DNA of 64,000 nt from an uncultured Rubrivivax sp. (GCA_964495125.1 CAZBUU010000001.1:30370-94369), one strand, 5' to 3'; counted from the stretch's first letter, positions 19,152 through 29,574 are shown. Made by a program: numbers and translations. Notes: generated by a model not told the origin, from the sequence alone.

Positions 19152-20989
19152 GCGCGGTGCTCGAACAGGCGCATGAGCAGCGCTTGGGTGCCGGCATGCT
19201 GCACTACCGGCCTGGCGACCGCAGCGGGCCGCTGTCGCGCCTGCTCAACGATCGCACGCTGGTGCCGCACTTCCAGCCTATCGTGTCCCTTCGCGGTGGA
19301 GAGATCCAGGCCCATGAGGCCCTCATCCGCGGTGCCCCGGGCATGCCACTGCACATGCCGGACGCGCTCTTCGCCGCCGCGCGGCGAGAAGGCTTGCTGC
19401 ACGACTTCGTGGTCGCCTGCGTCGTGCACGCCCTGCGACGCTGGGCCGGCCTGGGCGCCGGTGGCAACCTCTTCGTGAACATCAGTGCCTCGGCCCTGGT
19501 GCACTGCTTCGAAGGCCACGGAGCGCGCGAGATCGCGGACGAACTGCGCGGCTTCGGTGCGGATCCGGAAAGCCTCGTGTTCGAACTCACGGAGCACGAA
19601 CTCGTCAGCGATATTCCCCGCCTCGTGGCGGTGGCCCACGAGATGCACGCCAGCGGCGTGCGCTTCGCGCTCGACGACTTCGGCGACGGACGATCCAGCC
19701 TGCGGCTGTGGTCGGAGCTGGGTCCGGACTTCGTGAAGATCGACAAGTACTTCACCCGCGAGATCTCGTCGCACGCCAAGCGCCTGAAGACGTTGCGCGC
19801 CCTGATGCAGATTGCCGAAACCTTCGGCAGCACCCTCGTCGCGGAGGGCATCGAGACCGGTGACGATCTGCGCGTGCTGCGCGACCTGGGTGTCGACCTG
19901 GGCCAGGGCTACTTCCTGGGGCGGCCTGCACAACTGCCGCTGGCCGCCTTGAACGAGGGGGCGAGGGCGGTTCTCGTCAATCCTCGCGTCGCGGTGCTGC
20001 CCGAGGAACGCACCGCTTCTTCGCCGGGACGCGTGAGCCAGGCCCAGGTGGTGCAGGCGGCGCCGCTGTCGCCCCAGGCCACGAACGAGGAGGTGGCCGC
20101 CCATTTCGAGAAGCACGAGGACTGGCACGCGGCCGCGCTCGTGGACGGAGCGACGCCCCTGGCCCTGATCGGCCGTCAACAGTTCCTGGACCGCTATGCC
20201 AAGCTCTACTTCAAGGAACTGTACGGCCGCAAGCCCTGCATCACCTTCGCCAACACCTCGCCGACCATCGTCGAGGTGGATGCCGACGCGAACGATCTGA
20301 TCAAGGTGCTGACGTCGGCCGACCAACGCTACCTGTCAGAGGGCTTCATCTACACGAAGCAGGGGCGCTACCAGGGCATCGGAACCGGTCACCAACTCGT
20401 CCGCCAGGTCACGGAGAGCCGCATCGAAGCCGCCCGCCATGCCAACCCGCTGACGCTGCTGCCGGGCAACATCCCGATCAGCGAGCACATCGAGCGGCTG
20501 CTGCGCTCGGGCGCCAGCTTTGCCAGCTGTTACGCCGACCTGAGCAACTTCAAGCCCTTCAATGACTATTTCGGGTACTGGCGCGGCGACGAGATGATCA
20601 AGCTCGCCGCGCGGACGATCCAGGCGAACTGCGACCCTCAGCGCGACTTCGTCGGCCACGTCGGGGGTGACGACTTCGTCGTCCTCTTCCAGAGCAGCGA
20701 CTGGGAGCAGCGCTGCGAACGCATGGTGGCCGAGTTCGATGCCGCGGCGATCGGGCAGTACGACGAGTCGGCCCGGGAAGCCGGCGGCATCTTCGCCGAG
20801 GACCGACACGGCATCCGACGCTTCTTCGGGTTCACTTCCCTGTACGCCGGGGTGGTGCCCATCGCCCCGGGACATGGCCTGACCAATGCGGCCGACGTCG
20901 CCAGCGCCGCGGCGCGTGCCAAGCAGGCTGCGAAGTCCAGTTCGTCCTCGATCTGCGTGGAACACCCCTCCGAGCGCCGCCGCACGTGA
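19148..20989 (+). CDS. EAL-(CBS-like)-GGDEF c-di-GMP metabolic protein
   Basis: [26 protein letters not shown] (EAL); [28 protein letters not shown] (GGDEF); ATGA overlap with the MCP gene. Confidence 0.9.
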   Translation: MSAVLEQAHEQRLGAGMLHYRPGDRSGPLSRLLNDRTLVPHFQPIVSLRGGEIQAHEALIRGAPGMPLHMPDALFAAARREGLLHDFVVACVVHALRRWAGLGAGGNLFVNISASALVHCFEGHGAREIADELRGFGADPESLVFELTEHELVSDIPRLVAVAHEMHASGVRFALDDFGDGRSSLRLWSELGPDFVKIDKYFTREISSHAKRLKTLRALMQIAETFGSTLVAEGIETGDDLRVLRDLGVDLGQGYFLGRPAQLPLAALNEGARAVLVNPRVAVLPEERTASSPGRVSQAQVVQAAPLSPQATNEEVAAHFEKHEDWHAAALVDGATPLALIGRQQFLDRYAKLYFKELYGRKPCITFANTSPTIVEVDADANDLIKVLTSADQRYLSEGFIYTKQGRYQGIGTGHQLVRQVTESRIEAARHANPLTLLPGNIPISEHIERLLRSGASFASCYADLSNFKPFNDYFGYWRGDEMIKLAARTIQANCDPQRDFVGHVGGDDFVVLFQSSDWEQRCERMVAEFDAAAIGQYDESAREAGGIFAEDRHGIRRFFGFTSLYAGVVPIAPGHGLTNAADVASAAARAKQAAKSSSSSICVEHPSERRRT

Positions 20990-21040
20990 GGGAAACTGCG
21001 GGCTGGCGCGATACTGCCCACCGCGCCATCGCCCCTGTCC

Positions 21041-22309
21041 ATGCCGACCACACCCCAGTCACGCCGCCTGTCTCCCACAGACATCGAGGCCATCCTCTCC
21101 GTCACCCGTGCGCTCGCCGCGCCCTTCGACCTGCACGTGATGCTGGCGCAGGTGGCCGCCGAGGCCGCTGCCGTGCTGCGTGCCGAACGCGCGTCGGTGT
21201 GGCTGCATGACGCGGAGCGCAACGAGATCCACATCGAGTTCGCCAGCGATGTCGGCGCCGTGCGGCTTCCCGTGGGCACCGGCCTGGCCGGGCAATGCGC
21301 GCGTGACCGCGTCATCATCAACGTCCCGGACTGCTACGCCGATCCGCGATTCAACCGCGCCATCGACCTGGAGACCGGCTTTCGCTCGCGCTGCTGTCTC
21401 ACGGTTCCGCTGATCGACCACCTCGGCCAGCTCGTGGGCGTGCTGCAGGCCCTGAACAAGTCGCGCGGTGTCTTCGACGCCGCCGACGAGTCGCTGGCCG
21501 AGGCCGTCGCCGCCCAGTGCGCCATGGCGCTGTCGCGAGCCCGCATGACCGACGAACTGCTGGCCGCGCAGCGGCTTCAGCAGGAAATGGCCCTGGCCAG
21601 CGCCGTGCAGCGCAGCACGCTGCCCGGCCAGATGCCCCGGCTGCCGGGCTACGACATGGACGCGGTGTTCAAGCCGGCATCGATGACGGGCGGTGACACC
21701 TTCGACGTGGCGCCGGTGTCGCAGGGCCTGCTGTTCCTGCTGGCCGATGCCACCGGCCACGGGCTGGCGCCGGCGCTGACGGTGACGCGCATGCACGCCA
21801 TGCTGCGCATGGCGCTGCGCATGGAAGCGGATCTGGAAACCGCTTACGGGCATGTCAACGACCTGCTGGTCTCCGAGCGCGACGAGTCGCCTTTCGTCAC
21901 CGCCTGCATCGCGCTGCTCGAGCCCGCGCTGCACCGACTGCGCTTCCTGAGCGCCGGACAGGGCCCCATCCTGCACTACGTGGCCGCCGAGGGCCAGTGC
22001 CGGCGCTACGGTCCGAACGGGCTGCCGCTGGGTGCCGTGGCTGCTGCAGCCCTGCGGCCCACCGTGAGCCTCCAGATGGCGCCCGGCGACTGGTTCGTGC
22101 TGTTGTCGGACGGCGTGTTCGAGTGTGCGTCGCCGCTGGGCGAGTTGCTGGGTCGCGAGCGCGTGGAGCAGGTGGTCCGGGACGGCGCCGGGGAGGCGCC
22201 GGCCGCGATGGTCGAGCGCTTGCTCGCGGCGGTGGCGCAGCACCGGGGCGGCTTGCCTCAGGACGACGACATCACGATGGTGGTGCTCAAGCGGCTGCCG
22301 GCCGACTGA
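21041..22309 (+). CDS. GAF + SpoIIE/PP2C phosphatase (RsbU-like)
   Basis: GAF (DCYADPRFNRAID..TGF, QALNK); GGDTFD, ADATGHG, LSDGVFE and DDDIT PP2C motifs. Confidence 0.9.
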   Translation: MPTTPQSRRLSPTDIEAILSVTRALAAPFDLHVMLAQVAAEAAAVLRAERASVWLHDAERNEIHIEFASDVGAVRLPVGTGLAGQCARDRVIINVPDCYADPRFNRAIDLETGFRSRCCLTVPLIDHLGQLVGVLQALNKSRGVFDAADESLAEAVAAQCAMALSRARMTDELLAAQRLQQEMALASAVQRSTLPGQMPRLPGYDMDAVFKPASMTGGDTFDVAPVSQGLLFLLADATGHGLAPALTVTRMHAMLRMALRMEADLETAYGHVNDLLVSERDESPFVTACIALLEPALHRLRFLSAGQGPILHYVAAEGQCRRYGPNGLPLGAVAAAALRPTVSLQMAPGDWFVLLSDGVFECASPLGELLGRERVEQVVRDGAGEAPAAMVERLLAAVAQHRGGLPQDDDITMVVLKRLPAD

Positions 22310-22321
22310 GCCGGAGCGGAT

Positions 22322-22747
22322 TCAGCGCCCGCTGGTGTCGATGACGATGAGCATCACGTTGCGCTGGCCTTCGCGGGCGTAGCGCCAAGAGCGCGCGTAG
22401 TGCTGGATGAGGAAGAGTCCCAGGCCGCCGGGCTGCGCTTCCTCCAGGCTGGCGGGGCGGGTGGCATGCGGTCGGTCGGTCGGATCGAAGGCCGGACCGT
22501 CGTCCTCGAAGCGCAGGGACAGACCCTCTTCGTCCAGGGCCACCCGCAGGAGCACCGGGGCTTTCGTGCCGTGCCGGAACACGTTGGTGAGCCACTCCTC
22601 GAGGACAAGCTCCAGCGCATAGAGCGTGCGCGGCCGGCCGGCCAGACCCGGACACTCGCCGAAGTGCGCCAGCAGGCGCAGCCGTGCGTTCTCGAGCGAG
22701 CCGAGGTCGGCCTCGACGACCAGATCGAGCGGCTCGCACGCAGCCAT
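22322..22747 (-). CDS. RsbW-like anti-sigma factor / Ser kinase
   Basis: ELVLEEWLTNVFRHG (N box), EDDGPAFDP (G1) and GGLGLFLI (G2). Confidence 0.85.
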   Translation of the reverse strand: MAACEPLDLVVEADLGSLENARLRLLAHFGECPGLAGRPRTLYALELVLEEWLTNVFRHGTKAPVLLRVALDEEGLSLRFEDDGPAFDPTDRPHATRPASLEEAQPGGLGLFLIQHYARSWRYAREGQRNVMLIVIDTSGR

Positions 22748-22773
22748 GCAGCCCCGCAGCGCCCTGCCGAGGC

Positions 22774-23115
22774 TCAGCGCGGCAGCGCGGCCAGCGCCTC
22801 GTCGCGCTGCAGGAACATCGGGATCAGCGTGTCGATGGCCGCCGTTTCCAGCATCTCGCGCACCGGCCCCGGCGGCACCACCAGCAGCAGTTGCTGGTGA
22901 CGTGCCTTCATCGTCTTGGCGGCGGTGATGAGCAGCCGCACGCCCATCGACGACACGAAATCGACGCGCGTGAGATCCACCAGCGTCGGGCGCCCGGCCG
23001 AGAGCGCCGCGGCGTTGAACTTCGTCTCTATCGAGTCCACCCCCAGCGTGTCCAGGCGGCCTGACAGTTCCACGCCGACGGCGGGCCCGGGCAGTTCGTT
23101 GACGAGCATCTCCAT
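22774..23115 (-). CDS. STAS anti-anti-sigma factor (RsbV-like)
   Basis: LSGRLD, VDLTRVDFVSSMGVRLL with the phospho-acceptor Ser position. Confidence 0.88.
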   Translation of the reverse strand: MEMLVNELPGPAVGVELSGRLDTLGVDSIETKFNAAALSAGRPTLVDLTRVDFVSSMGVRLLITAAKTMKARHQQLLLVVPPGPVREMLETAAIDTLIPMFLQRDEALAALPR

Positions 23116-23193
23116 GCGCTTGATCCTCAGTTCGCGGACGACGGTGCGCCGCTCAAGACCGATCGAAAAACCTCTCAGTGGAGCGCAGTCACG

Positions 23194-24354
23194 TTACAGG
23201 AACGTGACATGGACGATGGAGCAGTCATCGTCCAGCGGGCGGTTGCCGGTGGCGGCGCGCACCGTCCGGTACAGGCGCGCGGGCGCGTCGTCGCCGGACG
23301 GCAGCGCGTCGATGAGCGGCAGCACGTCGTCCAGCGTCCAGGTGCGGCCATCGAGGTCGGTCACTTCGAAGAGGCCGTCGCTGAACAGATGCAGCTGGCT
23401 GCCCGGCGCCACCGGCACGCGCGTGGCGGCGTAGCGCGTGTCGGCCAGCGCACCCAGCGGCAGGCTGCGCGTCGCCAGGCGCTGCACCGGGCCACCGCCA
23501 GGTGCACGCAACAGCGCCGGGTGGTGCCCGGCGGAGGCGAAGGCCAGGCTGCGGCTGCGCTGGTCGTAGACGCCGTACCACATGGTGAAGCACAGCCCGT
23601 CGTGCTCCTCCATCTGGAACATCGCGTTCAGCCGGGCCAGCACCTGGGCCGGGTCGGCGAAGTCGGTCTCGGGCAGCGCGCGCTGGCGCAGCACGTTCAT
23701 GACCGACACCGTGTGCATGGCCACGCCCACGCCATGGCCGGTGACGTCGATCAGGTAGCCGGCGAAGAGATCGGCGCCCAGGCGCAGGTAGCCGAAGGCA
23801 TCGCCACCCAGCATGGCCGACGGACGGAAGAACCACTCGGTGCGGACCGGCCCCTCCCGCATCGGTGCAGGCAACAGCGATTCAACATAGTGCCGCGCCC
23901 TGTCGAGCTCGCGGTCGGCGGCCTCCGCCTGCTCCATCTCGGCGCGGGACCGGCACTCGTGCACCAGCACGTGCCGGCCGACCTGCAGCAGTTCGCCGTC
24001 GTCCAGCCGGGCGCTGCCGTGCACGCGCCGGCCTCCGGCGTAGGTGCCGTTGGTCGAGCCGCGGTCGATGACCTCCAGCCAGCGCTGGCCGGCGACGGCA
24101 CGCACTTCGCAGTGGTTGCTGGACACCTCGCTGTCGGGAATGACCAAGCCGTTGCCGGCACGCCGGCCGATCTGCAACGGCGGTTCCACGACGCGGTGGC
24201 GCCGGCCGATCTCGTTGCCTTCCAGCACTCGCAGTGAGTGCACCCAGTCCACCGTCGCACGGTCCGCCGAGGCGGGTTGACGCACCGGCACGCGGATCTG
24301 CGTCGTGCCCGTGTCGTCGGGGTCCGGCAGGGGGCCGGCAGTCTCGTCGTTCAT
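23194..24354 (-). CDS. FHA + SpoIIE/PP2C phosphatase
   Basis: IGR...VSSNHC...DRGSTNGT FHA motifs; LGGDAFGY, IDVTGHG, FSDGLFE and DDCSI PP2C motifs. Confidence 0.88.
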   Translation of the reverse strand: MNDETAGPLPDPDDTGTTQIRVPVRQPASADRATVDWVHSLRVLEGNEIGRRHRVVEPPLQIGRRAGNGLVIPDSEVSSNHCEVRAVAGQRWLEVIDRGSTNGTYAGGRRVHGSARLDDGELLQVGRHVLVHECRSRAEMEQAEAADRELDRARHYVESLLPAPMREGPVRTEWFFRPSAMLGGDAFGYLRLGADLFAGYLIDVTGHGVGVAMHTVSVMNVLRQRALPETDFADPAQVLARLNAMFQMEEHDGLCFTMWYGVYDQRSRSLAFASAGHHPALLRAPGGGPVQRLATRSLPLGALADTRYAATRVPVAPGSQLHLFSDGLFEVTDLDGRTWTLDDVLPLIDALPSGDDAPARLYRTVRAATGNRPLDDDCSIVHVTFL

Positions 24355-24444
24355 GCGGGGAGCGGAGTCAGGGCGTTGCCGAGGTCGAAACAGTGTAACG
24401 ACCGTCTGCCGGGCGCCGGCTCGTCCGGCCTCGCCTGCAGAGGG

Positions 24445-24462
24445 ATGGTCCGATCAGACCAT
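24445..24462. promoter_or_regulatory. 18-bp near-perfect palindrome (candidate EpsA operator, copy 1)
   Basis: ATGGTCCGATCAGACCAT in the divergent FHA-PP2C / ExbB intergenic region; related copies at 30972, 31066 and 48150. Confidence 0.6.
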
Positions 24463-24633
24463 GCCGCAGGGCATCGGTGCATGGGCCGGTCACCGCCGGT
24501 CCGTAACGTGCCCGGCCAAGGAGGGTCGCACGGGCACAGCGACGCGATGTCGCCCCGCGTGGCGCGAGACCGCGCTTCGCCGAGTCGTCGGGCCGGCGCT
24601 CCGATTCCCACGTTCGCCATCGGAGTGCCCTGA

Positions 24634-26346
24634 ATGAGTTCCGCCATGATCCGCCCGCAGACTGCCCTGGCTGCGTTGGCGCTGGCCTTGATGCCCTTGA
24701 CGGCCGGCGCCTGGTGGAACGGCGACTACGCGCAGCGGACCCGCGTGCTGCTCAACACCGGTCCCGCTGGCGTCACCACCAGCGAGGCGCTCAGCGGCGT
24801 GGCCGTGCCCGTGCGCCTGCACTCGGGCAATTTCGACTTCCTCGGCGCCAAGCCCGACGGCTCCGACCTGCGCGTCATCGCCGCCGACGACAAGACACCG
24901 CTGAAGTTCCAGGTGGAGCGCTTCGACGGTGCCAACGAGATGGCCGTGCTCTGGGTGCAGATGCCCACGGTCGCACCCGGCACCGACAAGAACATCGTCT
25001 ACGTCTACGCTGGCCATGCCCAGGCCGCGGCCGAGCCGGCCACGGTGGTGAGCGACGGCGGCAGCGCCGCCACCTTCCGCTTCGACGCGCCCGACGGCAG
25101 CGTGAAGGACCTGACCGGCAGCCTGGCCGCAGCCGCGCCGCTGGCGGTGGAGCCCAACGGCCTCATCGGCGCCAGCGCCCGCTTCGACGGCAGCAAGGCG
25201 CTGGAACTGCCGGCCAGCGATCGACTGAAATCGGCTGCGGCCGGGCCCTACAGCGTCACCCTGTGGGCCCGTCCTGCCGTGCTGGGCGGTGCGCTGTTCG
25301 TCCAGGGCCCGCTGTCCTTGTCGCTGGAAGGCGGCAAGGTCGTCGCCCGCCTGGGCAAGCTGCAGATCGCCGGCGGCGACCTGCCGCCGTCGGCCTGGGT
25401 GCACCTGGGCGTGACGCTGGGGGCAGGCAAGCTCACGCTGTACGTCAATGGCGAGCAGGCCGCCCAGGGCGACCTGGCCTCGGGCGTGCCCGAGATCGCC
25501 GGCCCCTTGCTGGTGGGCCAGGGCTACAGCGGGCTGCTCGATGAGCTGCAGGTGGCCACGGCGCTGCGCAGCGCCGACTGGATGAAGTTCACGCGCGCGG
25601 CGCAGGGTGCGGACGCCAAGCTGGTGGCCAGCGAGACGCAGAAGTCCGACCAGGCGGCCGAAGGCGAGGGCGGACACGGCGGCTACATCGGGGTGCTGGT
25701 GAAGAACCTCACCGTCGACGCCTGGGTCGTCATCATCATCCTCGGCATCATGTTCATCGTCGCCGCCTGGGTGATGGTGACCAAGACCCTGCTCGTGCTG
25801 CGCACCGACCGCAGCAACCACGCCTTCCTGCGCGACTTCCGGGAGGCCGACGACGTGCTGCGCGTCGGCGGCCCCGAGCAGCACGCCGGTTCTTCGCTGG
25901 CGCGACTGTACGAGGCGGGCCTGAAGCAACTGGTCAAGCGCCAGATTGGCCAGGCCGGCGCCAAGCCGCTGGGCGGCGCTTCGCTGGACGCCGTGAAGGC
26001 CAGCATCGACGCCGACCTGGTGCGCGAGAACCACAAGCTCAACGAGCTGATGGTGCTGCTGACCATCGCCATCTCGGGCGGCCCCTTCCTCGGCCTGCTG
26101 GGCACGGTGGTGGGCGTGATGATCACCTTCGCGGCCATCGCGGCGGCCGGCGACGTGAACGTCAACGCCATCGCCCCGGGCATCGCCGCCGCCCTGCTGG
26201 CCACGGTCGCCGGGCTGGGCGTGGCCATCCCGGCGCTGTTCGGTTACAACTGGCTGGCCTCGAAGATCAAGAACATCTCGGCGGACATGCAGATCTTCGT
26301 CGACGAGTTCGTGACGCGCGTCGCCGAGACCCATGGCGAGCGCTGA
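24634..26346 (+). CDS. DUF2341 + LamG-like + MotA/TolQ/ExbB proton-channel fusion protein
   Basis: Signal peptide, WWNGDY..R, VPVRLHSGNFDF..AKPDGSDLR (DUF2341-like), WVHLGVT...LYVNG (LamG-like), LTIAISGGPFLGLLGTVVGVMITF...PGIAAALLATVAGL (ExbB). Confidence 0.88.
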   Translation: MSSAMIRPQTALAALALALMPLTAGAWWNGDYAQRTRVLLNTGPAGVTTSEALSGVAVPVRLHSGNFDFLGAKPDGSDLRVIAADDKTPLKFQVERFDGANEMAVLWVQMPTVAPGTDKNIVYVYAGHAQAAAEPATVVSDGGSAATFRFDAPDGSVKDLTGSLAAAAPLAVEPNGLIGASARFDGSKALELPASDRLKSAAAGPYSVTLWARPAVLGGALFVQGPLSLSLEGGKVVARLGKLQIAGGDLPPSAWVHLGVTLGAGKLTLYVNGEQAAQGDLASGVPEIAGPLLVGQGYSGLLDELQVATALRSADWMKFTRAAQGADAKLVASETQKSDQAAEGEGGHGGYIGVLVKNLTVDAWVVIIILGIMFIVAAWVMVTKTLLVLRTDRSNHAFLRDFREADDVLRVGGPEQHAGSSLARLYEAGLKQLVKRQIGQAGAKPLGGASLDAVKASIDADLVRENHKLNELMVLLTIAISGGPFLGLLGTVVGVMITFAAIAAAGDVNVNAIAPGIAAALLATVAGLGVAIPALFGYNWLASKIKNISADMQIFVDEFVTRVAETHGER

Positions 26347-26378
26347 GCACCATCGGCTGACCGGCGAAGGACACTGAC

Positions 26379-26786
26379 ATGTCCGCCGACGTCAAGGCCG
26401 AGAACCAGCCCTACGACGACATCAACATCACGCCGATGCTGGATCTCGCGTACGTGCTGCTGGTGACCTTCATCATCCTCACCACGGCTTCCGTGCAGGG
26501 CGTGCGCGTGGCTTCGCCCGAGACCAAGACGACGAGCAACCTCGCCCGGCCGCAGACCCGCGCCGTGACCATCACCGCCGACGGCGCGATGTACCTCGAC
26601 GCCTACCCGGTGACGATCGAGCAGCTCAGCTCGCTGCTGGCCCAGTACAAGGCCGGCAATCCCAACCTGCCGGTGGTCATCAAGGGCGACGCTGCGGCGC
26701 CGTTCGAGAAGGTGGTCGAGGTGCTGGCGGCGGTGAAGAAGCTGGACATCGCGCAGGTCGGCCTCGTGACCAAGCGCGCGCCCTGA
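26379..26786 (+). CDS. exbD: ExbD/TolR family protein
   Basis: DINITPMLDLAYVLLVTFII and IKGD motifs. Confidence 0.88.
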   Translation: MSADVKAENQPYDDINITPMLDLAYVLLVTFIILTTASVQGVRVASPETKTTSNLARPQTRAVTITADGAMYLDAYPVTIEQLSSLLAQYKAGNPNLPVVIKGDAAAPFEKVVEVLAAVKKLDIAQVGLVTKRAP

Positions 26787-26801
26787 ACGCCGGAGCCCGA
26801 C

Positions 26802-27203
26802 ATGCAGGTCCAGGACGACGCCAAGCCCTACGACACCATCAACGTCACGCCCATGCTCGACCTGGCGTACGTGCTGCTGGTGGTCTTCATCCTCATGACC
26901 ACCGCCTCGGTGCAGGGCCTGTCGATCAGTCTGCCCAAGCCCTCGGCCGCACCGCCCACCGAACGCCACCCTGTGCACGTGTTGCGCATCGACCCCGATG
27001 GCGGGGCGCGCCTGGACGGCGTGCCGAAGTCCGATGCGCTGGTGCTGCAGGAACTGCAGTCCATCCGTGCCCGCGACGCCAAGTCCACGATCGTCATCCA
27101 GGGCGACGGACGGGCGCGCTACGAACGCGTGGTGGCGATGATCGACTTGTGCAACGAGGCCGAGGTGAACATGAGCATCGCTACGGCCCGCATCGGGTTC
27201 TGA
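26802..27203 (+). CDS. exbD: Second ExbD/TolR family protein
   Basis: TINVTPMLDLAYVLLVVFIL and IQGDG..RYERVVAMID motifs. Confidence 0.85.
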   Translation: MQVQDDAKPYDTINVTPMLDLAYVLLVVFILMTTASVQGLSISLPKPSAAPPTERHPVHVLRIDPDGGARLDGVPKSDALVLQELQSIRARDAKSTIVIQGDGRARYERVVAMIDLCNEAEVNMSIATARIGF

Positions 27204-27205
27204 CC

Positions 27206-27856
27206 ATGAAGCAGCCTCTCGTCACCGGTCTGCTGTTGGCGGCCGCCCTCGGGCTGGCGGCGTGCGGCGACCAGCCGGACAAGCCGCAGCGCCGTCAGCA
27301 GCTGGTGAAGCTGCTGCCGGACACGCCGCCGCCGCCACCACCACCACCCAAACCCGAGGACAAGCCGCCGCCGAAGACGGAAGACAAGCCGCCGCCCGCG
27401 GCTCCCAAGCCCGACGAGGCGCCGCAGGCGCAGGCGCTGAAGTCCGACGAAGCCGCGGGCGATGGTCCGGGCAGCGGCTTGGCCGCCGGCAGCGTGTCGC
27501 AGGACTACACGAACCAGCAGATCGGCGCAGTCAACACCGTCGGTGGGGCGCCGCAGGAGAACCCGGCGCAGCGGCTGGCGCTGACCAGCTACGCCCAATC
27601 CGCCACGCGGGCCCTCAACGAGTACCTGGCGCGCGACAGGGACGTCAAGCGCCGCGACTACCAGGTGCGCATCGAGATCTGGCTGACACCGACGGGCGGC
27701 CTGCAGCGCGCTGAACTGCTGGGCAGCACGGGTGACCCCGAGACCGATCAGGCCCTGCGCGATGCGCTCAGCCGTTTCCCCGGCACCGGCGATCCGCCGC
27801 CGCCCCGGCTTCCCCAGCCCGTGCGTCTGCTCGTATCCAACCGACTCATGGGATGA
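27206..27856 (+). CDS. TonB-like energy transducer with possible lipoprotein signal
   Basis: Hydrophobic N-terminus ending LAAC-G, Pro-rich linker, C-terminal VRIEIWL...G...GSTGDPETDQAL TonB_C-like fold; follows exbB/exbD/exbD. Confidence 0.72.
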   Translation: MKQPLVTGLLLAAALGLAACGDQPDKPQRRQQLVKLLPDTPPPPPPPPKPEDKPPPKTEDKPPPAAPKPDEAPQAQALKSDEAAGDGPGSGLAAGSVSQDYTNQQIGAVNTVGGAPQENPAQRLALTSYAQSATRALNEYLARDRDVKRRDYQVRIEIWLTPTGGLQRAELLGSTGDPETDQALRDALSRFPGTGDPPPPRLPQPVRLLVSNRLMG

Positions 27857-29574
27857 GACCGATGTTTCTCAGAACTCCGGCGCGCAGGCGAAGGGCCTGG
27901 CTGCCGACCACGTTGCTCGCCGCGGTGCTGGCGGCCGTCATGCCGCCGCCCCTGGCGCACGCCCAGACCCCGCCCGACAGCGAACGCGAGTCGCTCGAGG
28001 CGCTGCGCCAGACCACGCTGGCGCTCATCGAGGCGCTGGTGCAGAGCGGCGTGCTCACCCGGGAGAAGGCCGACGCCCTGATCGCCGATGCCAAGAAGCG
28101 CGCCGCCGCCGCCGTGGCGCAGGCCGCCAAGCCGGCCGCGCCGCCGAAGCCCGAGCCGCCCACGGTGCGCGTGCCCTACGTGCCGCAGGTGGTGCGCGAC
28201 CAGATCCGTAACGAGGTGCGAGAGGAAGTGCTGGCGCGCGCGCGTGTCGAGCGCTGGGGCGTGCCGAACGCCACGGCGGAGTGGACCGACCGCATCGCCA
28301 TCGAGGGCGACCTGCGCGTGCGTGCGCAGAACGACAGTCCGGCCGGCGACAACGCGTCGCCGGAGAGCCTGCTGCTGGCTTCGCTGGGCGGCACCACGCG
28401 GGCCGTTGACCAGGCCGCCGGCTCCGCGACCGGCCTGCCAACAGGCAACACGCTGAACGAGCGCAGCCGCCTGCGCCTGCGCGCGCGCCTGGGCATCAAC
28501 GCCAAGGTCAACGACGACGTGGTGGTCGGCCTGCGTCTGGCCACCGGCAGCAGCACCGACCGCGTGTCGACCAACCAGACGCTTGGGCAGAACTTCAACC
28601 GCTACGCCTTCCTCGTCGATCGCGCCTTCGTGAAGTACCAGCCCGTGCCCTGGGCCAGTGTCAGCGCCGGGCGCATCCCCAACCCGTGGTTCAGCACCGA
28701 CATGGTCTGGAGCGACAACCTCAATTTCGAGGGCATCGCCGGGGCCTTCAAGCTGCCGCTGCGCGAGAACGCCACGTTGCAGCCCTTCGCCACGGTCGGC
28801 TACTTTCCGATCCGCGAGCACGCGCCGCCGCGACGGGGCCGCTCGCTGATCGGCGCCCAGGTCGGCGCGCAGTGGGAATGGAGCGAGCTGACGCGCATCC
28901 GCTTCGCGCTGGCGCAATACCGCTTCCTGGGGTTCGAGGGCCGCGTGGACGACGACTACGACGCCATCACCGGCGCCGGACGCAGCTACGGCCAGTACGA
29001 GTACGAGGCCGGCCTGCGGCAGCGCGGCAACACGCTGTTCCTGACCAACAACCCGCTGGAGATCCAGGCCGGCCTGACGCCCGACAAGGCGCGCTGGGGC
29101 CTGGCTGCGCGCTTCACGCCGGTGGCGCTGACGGTGGCTGCGGAGTTCTCGCACTTCGCGCCCGTGTTCATCGGCTGGTCGGGTGAACTGGTGCGCAACA
29201 CCAGCTACGGTCGCCAGGACATCATCGACCGCGTCGGCATCTACCTCGACGATGCGCGCGTCTTCGGCGTCAACACCCGGCTGACCGTGGGCGCGCAGCA
29301 GGTGCGCAACGCGCGCGACTGGCAGTTCAGCCTGGCCTACCGCTGGTTGGGCAGCGACGCCGTGCCGGATGCCTTCGTCGACAGCGACCTCGCCGGCGGT
29401 GGCACCAACGTGCGCGGCTTCGCGCTGGGCTTCAGCTACGGGCTGGCGCGCGACACGCAGCTGGCCTTGCGCTACCTGTCGGGTCGCACGATTTCATCGC
29501 CCACCGTCCAGCCGGAGGCGAAGGACAAGGTCAAGCTGGACAGCCTGCAGGTGGACATGAATGTCCGCTTCTGA
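27853..29574 (+). CDS. Putative outer-membrane porin (Porin_5 / PA0696-like)
   Basis: Signal peptide, helical N-terminus (LIEALVQSGVLT), EGDLRVR, RLRLRARLG, GLRLATG...STNQTL, DSDLAGGGTN, C-terminal aromatic VRF. Confidence 0.78.
   Translation: MRPMFLRTPARRRRAWLPTTLLAAVLAAVMPPPLAHAQTPPDSERESLEALRQTTLALIEALVQSGVLTREKADALIADAKKRAAAAVAQAAKPAAPPKPEPPTVRVPYVPQVVRDQIRNEVREEVLARARVERWGVPNATAEWTDRIAIEGDLRVRAQNDSPAGDNASPESLLLASLGGTTRAVDQAAGSATGLPTGNTLNERSRLRLRARLGINAKVNDDVVVGLRLATGSSTDRVSTNQTLGQNFNRYAFLVDRAFVKYQPVPWASVSAGRIPNPWFSTDMVWSDNLNFEGIAGAFKLPLRENATLQPFATVGYFPIREHAPPRRGRSLIGAQVGAQWEWSELTRIRFALAQYRFLGFEGRVDDDYDAITGAGRSYGQYEYEAGLRQRGNTLFLTNNPLEIQAGLTPDKARWGLAARFTPVALTVAAEFSHFAPVFIGWSGELVRNTSYGRQDIIDRVGIYLDDARVFGVNTRLTVGAQQVRNARDWQFSLAYRWLGSDAVPDAFVDSDLAGGGTNVRGFALGFSYGLARDTQLALRYLSGRTISSPTVQPEAKDKVKLDSLQVDMNVRF

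Noticed and set aside
22006-22026. GGTCCGAA matches to the candidate EpsA motif inside coding regions (near 22010, 54331, and GGACCAT near 3084)
   Set aside because: Only half-site matches, inside CDSs, without the second palindromic arm
27320-27420. CCG/CCA repeats resembling a tandem repeat
   Set aside because: They encode the normal proline-rich TonB linker
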